A DNA stretch of 64,000 nucleotides. Origin: an uncultured Syntrophaceae bacterium. Its GTDB lineage: Bacteria; Desulfobacterota; Syntrophia; Syntrophales; UBA2185. The stretch lies in assembly GCA_964564625.1 (NCBI GenBank), contig CAZMBE010000012.1, positions 6,011-70,010 of the forward strand, read 5' to 3'. This document shows positions 39,859 to 49,536 of this stretch, piece by piece (within the stretch, counting starts at the first letter, position 1; each line of letters begins with the position of its first letter). The position numbers were made by a program, and so were the translations under genes. The notes under the pieces are model-generated. The model was not told the origin of the DNA, did no database searches, and was given only the letters and a program-made list of their open reading frames with translations.

Positions 39859-39906
39859 CTAAAAAGGTGCTCTTCCCTTTCCGTTCTGCCGTGGTCGGAG
39901 CACCTT
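39859..39906 (-). terminator. Intrinsic terminator of the PP2C-FHA transcript
   Basis: Perfect 9-bp stem AAGGTGCTC/GAGCACCTT followed by a T-run on the minus strand. Confidence 0.6.
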
Positions 39907-39950
39907 CAATGTTTGATTAATAATCCTACGTATGGGAATTTTTGTGCGCA

Positions 39951-40055
39951 TTATTTCTTTTTTATCTTTTTCGTTACACCCTTGCGAAGCCGATTCTTTT
40001 CACGCAGTAATCGCGCTATATCTTTTTGTCTTCTCGTAACTATCTCTTTGGACAT
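39951..40055 (-). CDS. Candidate 34-aa highly basic small protein
   Basis: MSKEIVTRRQKDIARLLREKNRLRKGVTKKIKKK*; starts 7 nt after the FHA stop and ends before the terminator; below the ORF-track cutoff. Confidence 0.35.
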   Translation of the reverse strand: MSKEIVTRRQKDIARLLREKNRLRKGVTKKIKKK

Positions 40056-40062
40056 CGTTAAT

Positions 40063-40764
40063 TCAGTCTTTTATATAAAATTGCATCTTTAGGCCGCCGG
40101 TCTCTACTATATCACCATCTTTCAAATCATGCTTACTATCAATTTCTTGACCGTTTACCTTAAGCGATTTTCCTCCCGCAGGCGTAATGAAATAACCATC
40201 TTTTCTCCTGTTTACAAGTGCAGCTACCTTAGGGGCAAAAAAGCCTTTTAAATGTATCCCTGCAGCATCCTCTTTGCCAATAGTTGTAACTCTCTCTTTA
40301 AGGAGATAGTCCCTTTTGTCAGTCGATCCTTCAATGACAAGGAAACCACCCATGACATCTGTTTTCTCTTTATCAACAGCTGCCAGTATCTTCTTCTGGT
40401 CTTGCGGAGCAATCACCATAGTTTCATCCATGGAGCGGCCCCGTACGGCAAAGCTTTTTGAGTCTGTATCCCTGACTTTATCGGATACGATCTCAAGAGT
40501 ATGGACACCAATCAGGATGATATCGCCGTTATACAATTCGCATTTCTGAATTTTCTGGCCATTTACATACGTACCGTTAAGGCTGTTAGCATCCTCAATG
40601 AACAGGGAATCACCCGCCTTATTGATCTGAGCATGGCGGCCCGATACAGCTTGATTATCGATAACAATCCCATTTTCCGCTTTTCTCCCGATAGTGATAA
40701 GATCCTCATCAAGCGGTATCTCCTTTACCACGGCTTCTTTAAATTTCAGTAAAACCTTTGCCAT
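40063..40764 (-). CDS. Tandem FHA domain protein
   Basis: FHA1: ITIGRK..VSGRHA..DANSLNGTYVNG; degenerate FHA2: VTTIGKE..LKVNG..LKDGDIV. Confidence 0.9.
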   Translation of the reverse strand: MAKVLLKFKEAVVKEIPLDEDLITIGRKAENGIVIDNQAVSGRHAQINKAGDSLFIEDANSLNGTYVNGQKIQKCELYNGDIILIGVHTLEIVSDKVRDTDSKSFAVRGRSMDETMVIAPQDQKKILAAVDKEKTDVMGGFLVIEGSTDKRDYLLKERVTTIGKEDAAGIHLKGFFAPKVAALVNRRKDGYFITPAGGKSLKVNGQEIDSKHDLKDGDIVETGGLKMQFYIKD

Positions 40765-40767
40765 ATT

Positions 40768-41580
40768 TTACCTCCTGAACCATTCTTTTATGTTTAATAA
40801 AAAGGAATACCAACATTTATTTCGCATATATCCTGTAATAACTGTTATGTTGTCCTTGCCACCATTATTATTGGCCATATTGATCAGTGTTTCGCACGCT
40901 GACGCAGGATCGTTTGTTGACGCCACGACAGAGAGAATATCATCATCAGAAACCATGGAATTGAGACCGTCTGTACATAGTATCAAAATATCGCCGCCCG
41001 CCAGAGTCAACTCATCAACATCCACATCCACATCTGACCTTGTACCAAGGGCTCTTGTTAACACATGCTTCATCTCAGATTTTTGCGCTTCTTCTTTTGT
41101 CAATAACTCACGCTTCATCTGCTCATAGACAACCGAGTGATCATCGGTCAACTGTTCGATATTGCCGGCCCTCACAAGATACACCCTGCTGTCACCAACA
41201 TGGGCGATGCTGAGTCTATTTCCATTCAGTAAAGCCGCCGCGACAGTAGTCCCCATTCCCTGCCAGGCGGAATTGCTCTTGGCCGCTTCATAGATAGCCT
41301 TATTGGCAAGGCTCACCGCGGATCCAACATCGATCGTTGTTTCGGAATACTCTTCCTGATAGTTGCCTACCGCTGCCGCCCCTTTCTCTTTACACACTGT
41401 AAAGTAGTCCCGGATAACATCTATGGCTATCTTGCTCGCGATTTCTCCTGATGCATGCCCCCCCATACCGTCCGCCACGACCAGAAGTCCTGTCTTATTA
41501 TCAAGGAAAAAATTGTCCTCGTTGTTGGCTCTTACAAGTCCTTTATCCGTTTGACCATGAAGAAATATTTCCAACGGCAT
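40768..41580 (-). CDS. Stp1/IreP-family PP2C Ser/Thr phosphatase
   Basis: TDKGLVRANNEDN, VADGMGGHASGEIAS, GMGTT, AHVGDSRVY, LCTDGL, GGKDNIT. Confidence 0.94.
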   Translation of the reverse strand: MPLEIFLHGQTDKGLVRANNEDNFFLDNKTGLLVVADGMGGHASGEIASKIAIDVIRDYFTVCKEKGAAAVGNYQEEYSETTIDVGSAVSLANKAIYEAAKSNSAWQGMGTTVAAALLNGNRLSIAHVGDSRVYLVRAGNIEQLTDDHSVVYEQMKRELLTKEEAQKSEMKHVLTRALGTRSDVDVDVDELTLAGGDILILCTDGLNSMVSDDDILSVVASTNDPASACETLINMANNNGGKDNITVITGYMRNKCWYSFLLNIKEWFRR

Positions 41581-41583
41581 CTC

Positions 41584-41872
41584 CTACGCATTTATGCTTT
41601 CAGCAAGATCACGAACTAACTCACGACCCTGCTGGTATCTTATATCCACATCCTTGACAAGAAGTTTTTCCAGAATTGAACCCACTCGCCCCGTGAAATC
41701 AGACATTAAGTTTTAATATGCTCACGCACCTTGCGCAATCCCTGATTAAAATCACTTTGCATTCAAGAATGTGCGTGGGAGTCCATTCGAAATAGAAAGC
41801 GGCGAGTGTGGCCAGGGTTAGTGCGAGACCGATTGCAAAATCTATAATACCTGATTTCTTGCGTTTATTCAT
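41584..41872 (-). pseudogene. Remnant of a membrane-anchored (CHASE2-type) Ser/Thr protein kinase, middle deleted
   Basis: 41872-41699 encodes MNKRKKSGIIDFAIGLALTLATLAAFYFEWTPTHILECKV.. (basic N-terminus + TM); 41706-41584, in another frame, encodes ..GSILEKLLVKDVDIRYQQGRELVRDLAESINA*, matching kinase subdomain XI, and ends 3 nt before the PP2C ATG. Confidence 0.65.
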
Positions 41873-41987
41873 ACAGTTCTCTTTTTTTCACCTGCCAGTG
41901 TATCAAGTCCGTAATCGCTTCTTGCAGGGGAACGAGCGCTCATGTGACCGCCTGTAACGTATCATTTCCTAATAGCAACTATTTCGG

Positions 41988-42050
41988 TCAAATTCTACAG
42001 AATATTAAGAAATATGATAAAAAATATTTCTCATTGAGAAACATCTTCAT
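41988..42050 (-). CDS. Candidate 20-aa small ORF with strong RBS after the RND gene
   Basis: AAGGAGGG-N9-ATG; MKMFLNEKYFLSYFLIFCRI*. Confidence 0.3.
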   Translation of the reverse strand: MKMFLNEKYFLSYFLIFCRI

Positions 42051-42080
42051 TATTTCAGTCCCTCCTTAGTTTAACTGGCA

Positions 42081-45000
42081 TTATTGAACGGGAGTTACAG
42101 GTGATTTTTTGTCCTTTCGCCAGAAGAACTTTATCTTGTTCTTCCCCTTAAATATTTCCAGCAAATCATCAGAGAGGTCATAGGCCGCCGGAACAACCAC
42201 GAGCGTCAGAAAGAGCGAGGTAAGAAGACCGCCGATGACGGCGATACCCATTGGCGAGCGTGTTTCAGCACCTTCACCCAAGCCCAGGGCTACGGGGAGC
42301 ATACCAAAGACCATGGCAAAGGTGGTCATCAGGATCGGCCTCAATCTGACTGGTCCGGCCTGAAGAATGGCTTCTCTCCTCGACATACCTCTCTCCCTCA
42401 ACGTATTGGTATAGTCCACAAGAAGGATCGCATTCTTCTTTACCAAACCCATCAGCAGGATAAGCCCGATAAAGCTGAAGATGCTGATTGTTTTTCCCAT
42501 AAGCAACAGGGCTCCGAAGGCACCGATAAATGACAGGGGCATGGAGAGAAGCACGATACATGGATGGAGAAAGCTCTCAAACTGTGCGGCGAGAATCATA
42601 TAGGCCATGATGACCCCGAGTATCAGGGCAAACATGAGATATTGGAAGGATTCTCCCATTGTTTCCGCCATTCCTTTATACTTTGGTATGTAATCCATAG
42701 GCAGCACTTTGTCTGAGATAGCATTGAGCTCATTTATGGCTGTTCCAAGAGGCTTTCCTTCAAGACTGGCAAAGACGGTAATAGCGCGCTGCCGGTCCAC
42801 CCGGTTGATGACGCTGGGGCCTCCCCCTTCCTGAATCCGGACAACATTGGCAAGTTGAATTAGCCTTCCATCCTTTGCCCGGACATAAATCTTCCCAAGA
42901 TCATCGGGATTGGTGCGGTCCGCAGCACTAAGCCTTACACGAACATCATAACGCCTCCCCCTCTGCTCATCTTTGTACTTGGTTACATCAACCTCTCCGC
43001 TGACCAGGAGATTCACTGCCTCCGCGATGGAAGCCACGCTGACGCCAAGATCGGCCGCCTTGTCGCGGTCGATAAACACTTTCAGTTCCGGTTTCCCTGC
43101 TTCAAGCGATGTATCAACATCAACAATACCGGGGAGTTTGGCGAATTCACCGACGATCTGCTTTGTATAGGACTGGAGCGCGGAAAGATCAAGACCCCGG
43201 ATGCTGTACTGAATCGGCACATTTCTTATTCCCCCACCGACAAGGGAAATATCCTCTGCCGTTCCTTTCAGACCAGGGATTTCAAAAAACTTCCGCCTCA
43301 ATTCTTTTTTGATCTGCTCCTGGCTCTTCGTTCGTTCCGACTTCTTCTGCAAGCTGACAAGGAGAATCCCTTTGTTTATCTGCACGGTGCGTCCATAACC
43401 CTGGATATATAATGCAGACACCACTTCCGGTATGTTCTTGATTATATTCTCCGCGTTTCTGAACATGCTGTCAGCCTGGTCCACGGAGTAATCGACGGGG
43501 GCTTCAAGGCGCACTATAAACCGGCTCTGATCCTCCGGAGGAATGAACTCTTTGCCTATGAACTTTGTTATGAAAATGCTGACGGCAAAAATCACAACGG
43601 CAAGGACGAGAACTATTCCACGGTGGCGGAGTGACACTTCAAGAAGTTTCCGATAGGCTATCTCCGTTTTCTTATAGCCTCTTTCCCACCAATCCCGGAC
43701 ATGAAATACAGGAGCAAACCTCAATGGATTTCCCACATTATTACTCGTGTCCTTTTTCCGTGTTGTCAGGAAAATAGACGCCATCATAGGTGTTAAAGTA
43801 AACGAGACGATGAGTGAAACGAGGATGGCAAACACCACCGTAAGGGCAAACTGGAGGAAGAATCTTCCTATAATCCCTTTCATGAAAGCAACAGGAAGAA
43901 AAATCGCGACTATTGCAAATGTCGTGGCCATGACCGCGAGCCCTATCTCGGAAGTAGCAAAAGAGGCTGCTTCTCTGGGTGCCATGCCTTCCTCGATATG
44001 GCGATGAATGTTTTCGATGACGATAATGGCATCGTCAATGAGAATCCCTATTGAAAGCGAAAGGGCGAGCATGGTCATGTTGTTGAAGGTAAACCCGAAT
44101 ACCCGGAGCAGCGCGAAGGTTGCTATTACCGAGACAGGGAGGGCGACCGCGCTGATGAGTGTCGTCCTTACGTTTTGGAGAAAAATAAAAACTGCGAGGA
44201 CGGCCAGAAAACCGCCGAAGATCAGGTGGTGTTGTACTTCATTAATGGATCTATTGATGAAGGTAGACTGGTCAAAGGAAATGCCGAGTTCCATGCCGGG
44301 CGGGAGAGTTTTTTTGATATTTTCCAACTCCGCCTTCACACGGTTCACGACCTCTACCGTGTTCGTTCCCGATTGCTTCTGTATCCCCAGGCCAACAGCA
44401 GTCATGCCGTTGAACCGGACAACGGTTCTTTTTTCCTCCATCCCATCTTCGGCCTTCCCGATATCCCGAAGCCTTACCGGTGCGCCATTGTAATAGGTTA
44501 CGACAAGGTCGTTAAAATCATGTACTTTAGAAAATTCCCCCTTAATCTTAACCTCATACTCCTTGGAAATAGTCTCGATTCGGCCTCCCGGAAGTTCGAG
44601 ATTTTCCCGCTGCAGGGCCTGAATGATATCACTGGGCGCAACCCCGTACGCCCTCATTCGGTCCGCATCGATCCAGACCCTTACCTGGCGTAGCCTCAAT
44701 CCATACATACGTACAGCACCGACTTCATTAATCCGTTGCAGCTTTTCTTTCAGCACTTCGTCGGCATACATGGAGAGTTCCCGTATAGGTCTTTTGCCCA
44801 CGAGATTGAGCCAGATCACGGGATTGGCATCGGGATCAACCTTCTGGATGATAGGCTCGTCAATATCCGTCGGAAGTTTCGATCGGATCATGGATATTTT
44901 TTCCCGCACATCCTGAACGGCAAGATCAATATCCCGCTCCAAAACAAATTCGACTGTGACCACGGATGCGCCTTCCACACTCATCGAGGTGATCGTCTTC

Positions 45001-45230
45001 ACACCATTGATGGTATTGACCGTTTCCTCAATTTTGTCGGTTACGTCGATGTCCATGATCTCCGGGCTTGCGCCTTTGAGGGTCGTGGTGATATTCACAA
45101 TAGGGAAATCAACCTTGGGAAAGAGGTCCACGCCGATCTCCGGATAACTCACCGCCCCTAACACGACCAGAGCCAAAATAAACATGGTCGCAAAAACGGG
45201 ACGCTTAATCGAGGTATTAGCGAGCCACAT
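42081..45230 (-). CDS. RND efflux permease (AcrB/AcrD/AcrF family)
   Basis: IKRPVFATM, VDLFPKVDFP, GILIDDAIIVIENI, GLVKKNAILLVD, RLRPILMTT, RSPMGIAVIGG. Confidence 0.96.
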   Translation of the reverse strand: MWLANTSIKRPVFATMFILALVVLGAVSYPEIGVDLFPKVDFPIVNITTTLKGASPEIMDIDVTDKIEETVNTINGVKTITSMSVEGASVVTVEFVLERDIDLAVQDVREKISMIRSKLPTDIDEPIIQKVDPDANPVIWLNLVGKRPIRELSMYADEVLKEKLQRINEVGAVRMYGLRLRQVRVWIDADRMRAYGVAPSDIIQALQRENLELPGGRIETISKEYEVKIKGEFSKVHDFNDLVVTYYNGAPVRLRDIGKAEDGMEEKRTVVRFNGMTAVGLGIQKQSGTNTVEVVNRVKAELENIKKTLPPGMELGISFDQSTFINRSINEVQHHLIFGGFLAVLAVFIFLQNVRTTLISAVALPVSVIATFALLRVFGFTFNNMTMLALSLSIGILIDDAIIVIENIHRHIEEGMAPREAASFATSEIGLAVMATTFAIVAIFLPVAFMKGIIGRFFLQFALTVVFAILVSLIVSFTLTPMMASIFLTTRKKDTSNNVGNPLRFAPVFHVRDWWERGYKKTEIAYRKLLEVSLRHRGIVLVLAVVIFAVSIFITKFIGKEFIPPEDQSRFIVRLEAPVDYSVDQADSMFRNAENIIKNIPEVVSALYIQGYGRTVQINKGILLVSLQKKSERTKSQEQIKKELRRKFFEIPGLKGTAEDISLVGGGIRNVPIQYSIRGLDLSALQSYTKQIVGEFAKLPGIVDVDTSLEAGKPELKVFIDRDKAADLGVSVASIAEAVNLLVSGEVDVTKYKDEQRGRRYDVRVRLSAADRTNPDDLGKIYVRAKDGRLIQLANVVRIQEGGGPSVINRVDRQRAITVFASLEGKPLGTAINELNAISDKVLPMDYIPKYKGMAETMGESFQYLMFALILGVIMAYMILAAQFESFLHPCIVLLSMPLSFIGAFGALLLMGKTISIFSFIGLILLMGLVKKNAILLVDYTNTLRERGMSRREAILQAGPVRLRPILMTTFAMVFGMLPVALGLGEGAETRSPMGIAVIGGLLTSLFLTLVVVPAAYDLSDDLLEIFKGKNKIKFFWRKDKKSPVTPVQ

Positions 45231-46347
45231 TGATTTTCACCCCTTCTGCGAGGTTGTTCTGACCGACGACGACAACTGTTTCACCTTTTTGCAACCCCTC
45301 TACTATTTCCAGATATTCACCATATTTTGAACCGATTTTCACAGGTTTCTCCTTCGCCCGATCTCCCTCCGCGATAAAAACCTTAACCAGGGAATCTTCA
45401 TAAAGGACTGCTGTAATGGGCACGACCACAAGATCCCTTGACTGGCCCGTATAGAGCGTCACCTTGGCGAAAAGGCCAGGTTTTAATTTCGCATCGCGAT
45501 TGGGAACAAGGGCCTCAACCTGAAGTGTCCTCGTTTTCTCTTCCAGGCTTGGGTAGATCGTGCTTAGGTGCCCTGTGAATTCTTTATAGGGAAACGAATC
45601 TACCTTGAACATAACATCCTGGCCTGTCTTAAGCTTCCCCACTTCCTTTTCAGGAACAGTGAAACTCAGCTTAATAGGATCCGATTTGACGATCCATAAG
45701 AGCTGTGAACCGTTTTTCACGTAATCTCCCGTTGTCACTTTTTTGTCTCTCACGGCACCCTGCAATGGAGAAAGAATTTTTGTTTTTGCAAGTTTTTCTT
45801 TCGCGAGAGACAGGCTCGCCCTGGCCCGGTCTAAATCGCCCTCCGCGAGGGCCAGGCGGGCGGATATATCATCAAATTGCTGCTTGGTCACCAGTTCCTC
45901 TTTGTAAAGGGCAGATTTTCTTTCATGCTCCAGTTTCGCATTGGCCAGAGACGCCTCCGTCTGCCTCAACGAAGCCACTGCCCTTCTCACCTCTAAATGA
46001 TAATCGGTATCGTTGATTTCGACAAGGGTCATCCCCTTCGTGACTGGCGACCCTTCACTGACTTTGAGATTCTTCACAATACCGTCAACTTCAGAGCTTA
46101 TAATCACCTCTTCGAATGGCTTTAATGTCCCTATTGTTTCCACATAAGGTCTGAGGGATTTTTGTTCCACAGTCCAGATTTTCACATTCATGACTTTTTC
46201 CTCTGGAACCTTCGCTTCATTTTTCCCGCATCCTGAGCTCATGAAAATACCGCCGAGTAATAAAAGAAAAATAATGAGCGATGCGGTTTCAAACTTGTTC
46301 ACACATATGGTATTGCACGGTCCCGATAGCGAATGCCGCGTTGACAT
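45217..46347 (-). CDS. RND periplasmic adaptor (MFP) lipoprotein
   Basis: Lipobox-like MSSGC; EGSPVTKG lipoyl half-motif, alpha hairpin, SPLQG, LKPGLFAKV. Confidence 0.93.
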   Translation of the reverse strand: MSTRHSLSGPCNTICVNKFETASLIIFLLLLGGIFMSSGCGKNEAKVPEEKVMNVKIWTVEQKSLRPYVETIGTLKPFEEVIISSEVDGIVKNLKVSEGSPVTKGMTLVEINDTDYHLEVRRAVASLRQTEASLANAKLEHERKSALYKEELVTKQQFDDISARLALAEGDLDRARASLSLAKEKLAKTKILSPLQGAVRDKKVTTGDYVKNGSQLLWIVKSDPIKLSFTVPEKEVGKLKTGQDVMFKVDSFPYKEFTGHLSTIYPSLEEKTRTLQVEALVPNRDAKLKPGLFAKVTLYTGQSRDLVVVPITAVLYEDSLVKVFIAEGDRAKEKPVKIGSKYGEYLEIVEGLQKGETVVVVGQNNLAEGVKINVAR

Positions 46348-46362
46348 GAATGATTCCTCCTT

Positions 46363-47676
46363 TTATGATTGATCACCTACGACCGTTTTCAGCAACGTTC
46401 CTGTCGCTTTTTTCATCCTCAAAATGGCAACCTGATAATTGTACACAGCCGCCGATAGTTCCCTCTCTGCTGTAACCAGCAATGTATTCGCATCCATCAC
46501 GTCGAGGCTTTGAGATAATCCAAATTCAAACTGTTTGGCAACTGCGTTGTAATTATCCCTGGCATAGACAAGCTGATCTTCCAAAAATTTAAGTATCCCC
46601 TTTTGTGTCACAAGATCCAGATATGCACTCTCTACCTCCACACCTATTGATTTTTTATAGTCTTCGTAAAGAAGTGCCGATTGCCTCTCCTTTGCCCGGG
46701 CTTCTTTTACTTCTGCTACCCTCAAGCCACCCTCGAAAAACGGGAAATTTAACGTGACCAGTCCATACGTCCTTTCCTTTACCAGGTTCGGCGTTTCCGG
46801 AGACTGATCGGCCTTCGCATATACCCCTGACACTGAAAGGGTCGGCCAGTACGCTCCCTTTGTAAACTGAACCAGGTCTTCAGCAATCTTTTTCTGTATT
46901 TCGAGACTCTTCAGGTCTGCTCTTCCGGATAATGCCATTTCAAAGTAAGAAGACTCTGACGGTATTGTAATGTCCTCTATGAGTTCTTCCTTAAGCTGAA
47001 AACCCGTTTTCATTCCCACAATCCTTGCAAGTACCGCTTTTGCAAGCTCCAGGGCATTTTTCATTTTTACATAGTCAGAACGTGCACCGGAAAGTTCGCC
47101 TTCCGCCCGAAGGAGAACTGTTTTGGTCACCTCGCCTACTTTCAGCCGCTTCTGTGCGGCATCCCTGTATTTGGTAAGTCTCTCCAAATTTGACCCGGTG
47201 ATATCAAGGGCTTTTTTCACCCTTAACACATCATAATATGCCAGCGCGATGTTCATAAGGTAGGCCTCACGCACAGCATAAAGGTCGTAACGGCTCTTTA
47301 TGATATTTTCTCTCGATATACCCAGCGCGGTTAATTCACGCCCGCTCAAAGAAAGTGACTCATCGGCCCTCAATCCCCAGGCAGTATCCTTGTCCGGTTG
47401 AATGACTGCACCCGTGGCACCGCGTTTATCTTCATTGTATTTTGTGTAATAGCCAAAGGCAGATACTTTGGGAAGCAAAAGGGACATCGCTTTATCTTTT
47501 CCCCTTTCGGCAATATAAAGATCTTCCTCAGATATCTTGATCCTTTCTGCACGCTCCAAGCCAATACGATACAGGTCCCCGAGAGAATACTCTTCAGCAT
47601 AAAGGCAAACCGGCATAATCACCACGTTCACAAGCAAAGAAATCCAGACAATTGACGATAGATTCCGGCAATTCAT
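46363..47676 (-). CDS. TolC-family outer membrane efflux protein
   Basis: Signal peptide; two OEP repeats (LLPKVSA; YWPTLSVSG, PFFEGG, FEFGLSQSLDVMDA); ATG 47676 preferred to ORF-track 47724. Confidence 0.92.
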   Translation of the reverse strand: MNCRNLSSIVWISLLVNVVIMPVCLYAEEYSLGDLYRIGLERAERIKISEEDLYIAERGKDKAMSLLLPKVSAFGYYTKYNEDKRGATGAVIQPDKDTAWGLRADESLSLSGRELTALGISRENIIKSRYDLYAVREAYLMNIALAYYDVLRVKKALDITGSNLERLTKYRDAAQKRLKVGEVTKTVLLRAEGELSGARSDYVKMKNALELAKAVLARIVGMKTGFQLKEELIEDITIPSESSYFEMALSGRADLKSLEIQKKIAEDLVQFTKGAYWPTLSVSGVYAKADQSPETPNLVKERTYGLVTLNFPFFEGGLRVAEVKEARAKERQSALLYEDYKKSIGVEVESAYLDLVTQKGILKFLEDQLVYARDNYNAVAKQFEFGLSQSLDVMDANTLLVTAERELSAAVYNYQVAILRMKKATGTLLKTVVGDQS

Positions 47677-48296
47677 TCTCTCACCCCCGCCCTGACTCCA
47701 TTCAAAAAAATATCCAGGACACAATGGACTTTATCACGTAGGGGGGTGCCCTGAGCTGTGAGCATCCATCCATAAATGAACGACCGGATGATGCCGAGGA
47801 GAGCATAGGCCATCACTCGTGGTTCCATTATTTTGAAAGCCTTCGTCTGTGTCCCCCAGCGCATCATATATTCTACATACCCAATGTGGTTGAGATGATC
47901 CGCGATAATCTTATCTCTCAAAGCCTTTTCACCTTTGGAAAGGGTTGCTCCTTCGCCCCTGATTAGCAAGTTGCAGAAATCGGCATTATTTTCCACAAAG
48001 CGAAAATGTGAACGCACCAGTTCTTCAAGCTTATCAAATATCGCACTCTCCCTGTTCACGGACTGCCTGATTTCAGCATACATCTTGTCCAGTTTTTCGC
48101 TCACCATTGTTGTGTATAAATTTTCTTTTCCCTCAAAAAATTGATACAGTGTGCCAATGGCAAAACCGGAGGCATTCGCAATCTCCGCCATGGTAGAATT
48201 ATGAAATCCTTTTGAGGCAAATATCTTTTCCGCTGCAGCAAGGATTTCACCACGGCGCACCTGAAATTCCATCTCTTTTCTTTTTGTTTTTTCCAT
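47673..48296 (-). CDS. TetR/AcrR family transcriptional regulator
   Basis: RGEILAAAEKIFASKGFHNSTMAEIANASGFAIGTLYQFFEGKENL HTH; ATG 48296 preferred. Confidence 0.93.
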   Translation of the reverse strand: MEKTKRKEMEFQVRRGEILAAAEKIFASKGFHNSTMAEIANASGFAIGTLYQFFEGKENLYTTMVSEKLDKMYAEIRQSVNRESAIFDKLEELVRSHFRFVENNADFCNLLIRGEGATLSKGEKALRDKIIADHLNHIGYVEYMMRWGTQTKAFKIMEPRVMAYALLGIIRSFIYGWMLTAQGTPLRDKVHCVLDIFLNGVRAGVRE

Positions 48297-48298
48297 TC

Positions 48299-48343
48299 TT
48301 GAACCTCTGTTCAATTAGTAGAATTAATATTCAAATATTGAAT
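48299..48343. promoter_or_regulatory. Candidate TetR operator palindromes
   Basis: TTGAAC-N4-GTTCAA (48299-48314) and ATTCAA-N3-TTGAAT (48329-48343) just upstream of the tetR ATG. Confidence 0.45.
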
Positions 48344-48582
48344 TACCGTTCGCAATAGTATGTGTAAACAGATTGATGTCAAGAAATATTTTATGCTTAC
48401 AGTATTGAAATTTGCAAAGGTTTGATATTTTTGCTAAGAGAACCCATGAAAAATGTCGACCTTCGCTGTTGGGTGGGCGGTGAACCTTTTCCCTTATAGC
48501 ATTAGTCATGCGGTATCAGACATTTTTTACAGCTACTACACGCATAACAGAATTTTTATACATCATTACCTGGTGAAACTAC

Positions 48583-49536
48583 ATGAAGAGAGTTTTCCTG
48601 CTGTGTGTCGCGCTTACCGTATTCACAACATTGTTCCTGCAAGCATGCCAAAAAAACGAGAAAGCGGTGGGAGAGCGGAACAGGCTGCAGGTTGTGACCA
48701 CCCTTTTCCCGCTCTACGACTTTGCGATAAATGTCGGTCAACAAAGGGCAGAGGTGAGTTTGCTGTTGCCGCCCGGCGTAGAACCTCATGCGTTCGAACC
48801 AAGTCCTGCCGACATGAAACGTGTTCATGGATCTGACCTCCTTATCTTCACCGGCAAGTACATGGAACCATGGGTTGACACGCTGTTAAAAGGCATTGAC
48901 ACAAAAAGCCTGAGTGTTGTGGATACTAGCCATAATATCAACCTTATACAAGGTCACCATGTCCATGACAAGTCTGAACACACCCATACAGACACTTTGG
49001 TAAGTCCGGATCCGCATGTATGGCTTGATTTCTCCAATGCTATGAAAATAGTAGACAGTATTGCTGCCGCGTATATGGCCAGAGACCCTCAAAATACAGA
49101 TTTCTACAGAAAGAACGCTGAAGAATATAAAAAAAAGCTTGAGGAGCTTGACGGAAAGTATAAAGATACATTGTCACAATGCAGGAACAGGGTCATTATC
49201 CACGCGGGGCATTTTGCCTTTGGTTACCTCGCGAAAAGATACAATTTGAAGTATGTATCTGCGTTCAGGGGCTTCGCGTCGGATGCGGAGCCTACACCGA
49301 AAAGAATGTTTGAGCTTGTTGAGATTGTGAAGAAACACAATGTTCGCTCAATCTATTATGAGGAGCTCATTACACCCAAGGTCGCTGAGGCGATCTCGAA
49401 TGAGACGGGATGCACCCTGTTGATGCTTCATGGCGCTCACAATATAACCAGAGAAGAAAAAGCAGGGGGCGTTACTTTTCTTCAATTAATGGAAAATAAT
49501 TTAAAAAATCTGAAAATGGGATTGCAATGCCGGTAG
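48583..49536 (+). CDS. znuA: Zn/Mn ABC transporter substrate-binding lipoprotein
   Basis: Lipobox LQAC; PPGVEPHAFEP, His-rich loop GHHVHDKSEHTH, DPHVWLD, HFAFGYLA. Confidence 0.9.
   Translation: MKRVFLLCVALTVFTTLFLQACQKNEKAVGERNRLQVVTTLFPLYDFAINVGQQRAEVSLLLPPGVEPHAFEPSPADMKRVHGSDLLIFTGKYMEPWVDTLLKGIDTKSLSVVDTSHNINLIQGHHVHDKSEHTHTDTLVSPDPHVWLDFSNAMKIVDSIAAAYMARDPQNTDFYRKNAEEYKKKLEELDGKYKDTLSQCRNRVIIHAGHFAFGYLAKRYNLKYVSAFRGFASDAEPTPKRMFELVEIVKKHNVRSIYYEELITPKVAEAISNETGCTLLMLHGAHNITREEKAGGVTFLQLMENNLKNLKMGLQCR

Noticed and set aside
48350-48582. Zur/Fur box upstream of znuA
   Set aside because: No palindrome I could match to a Zur/Fur consensus.
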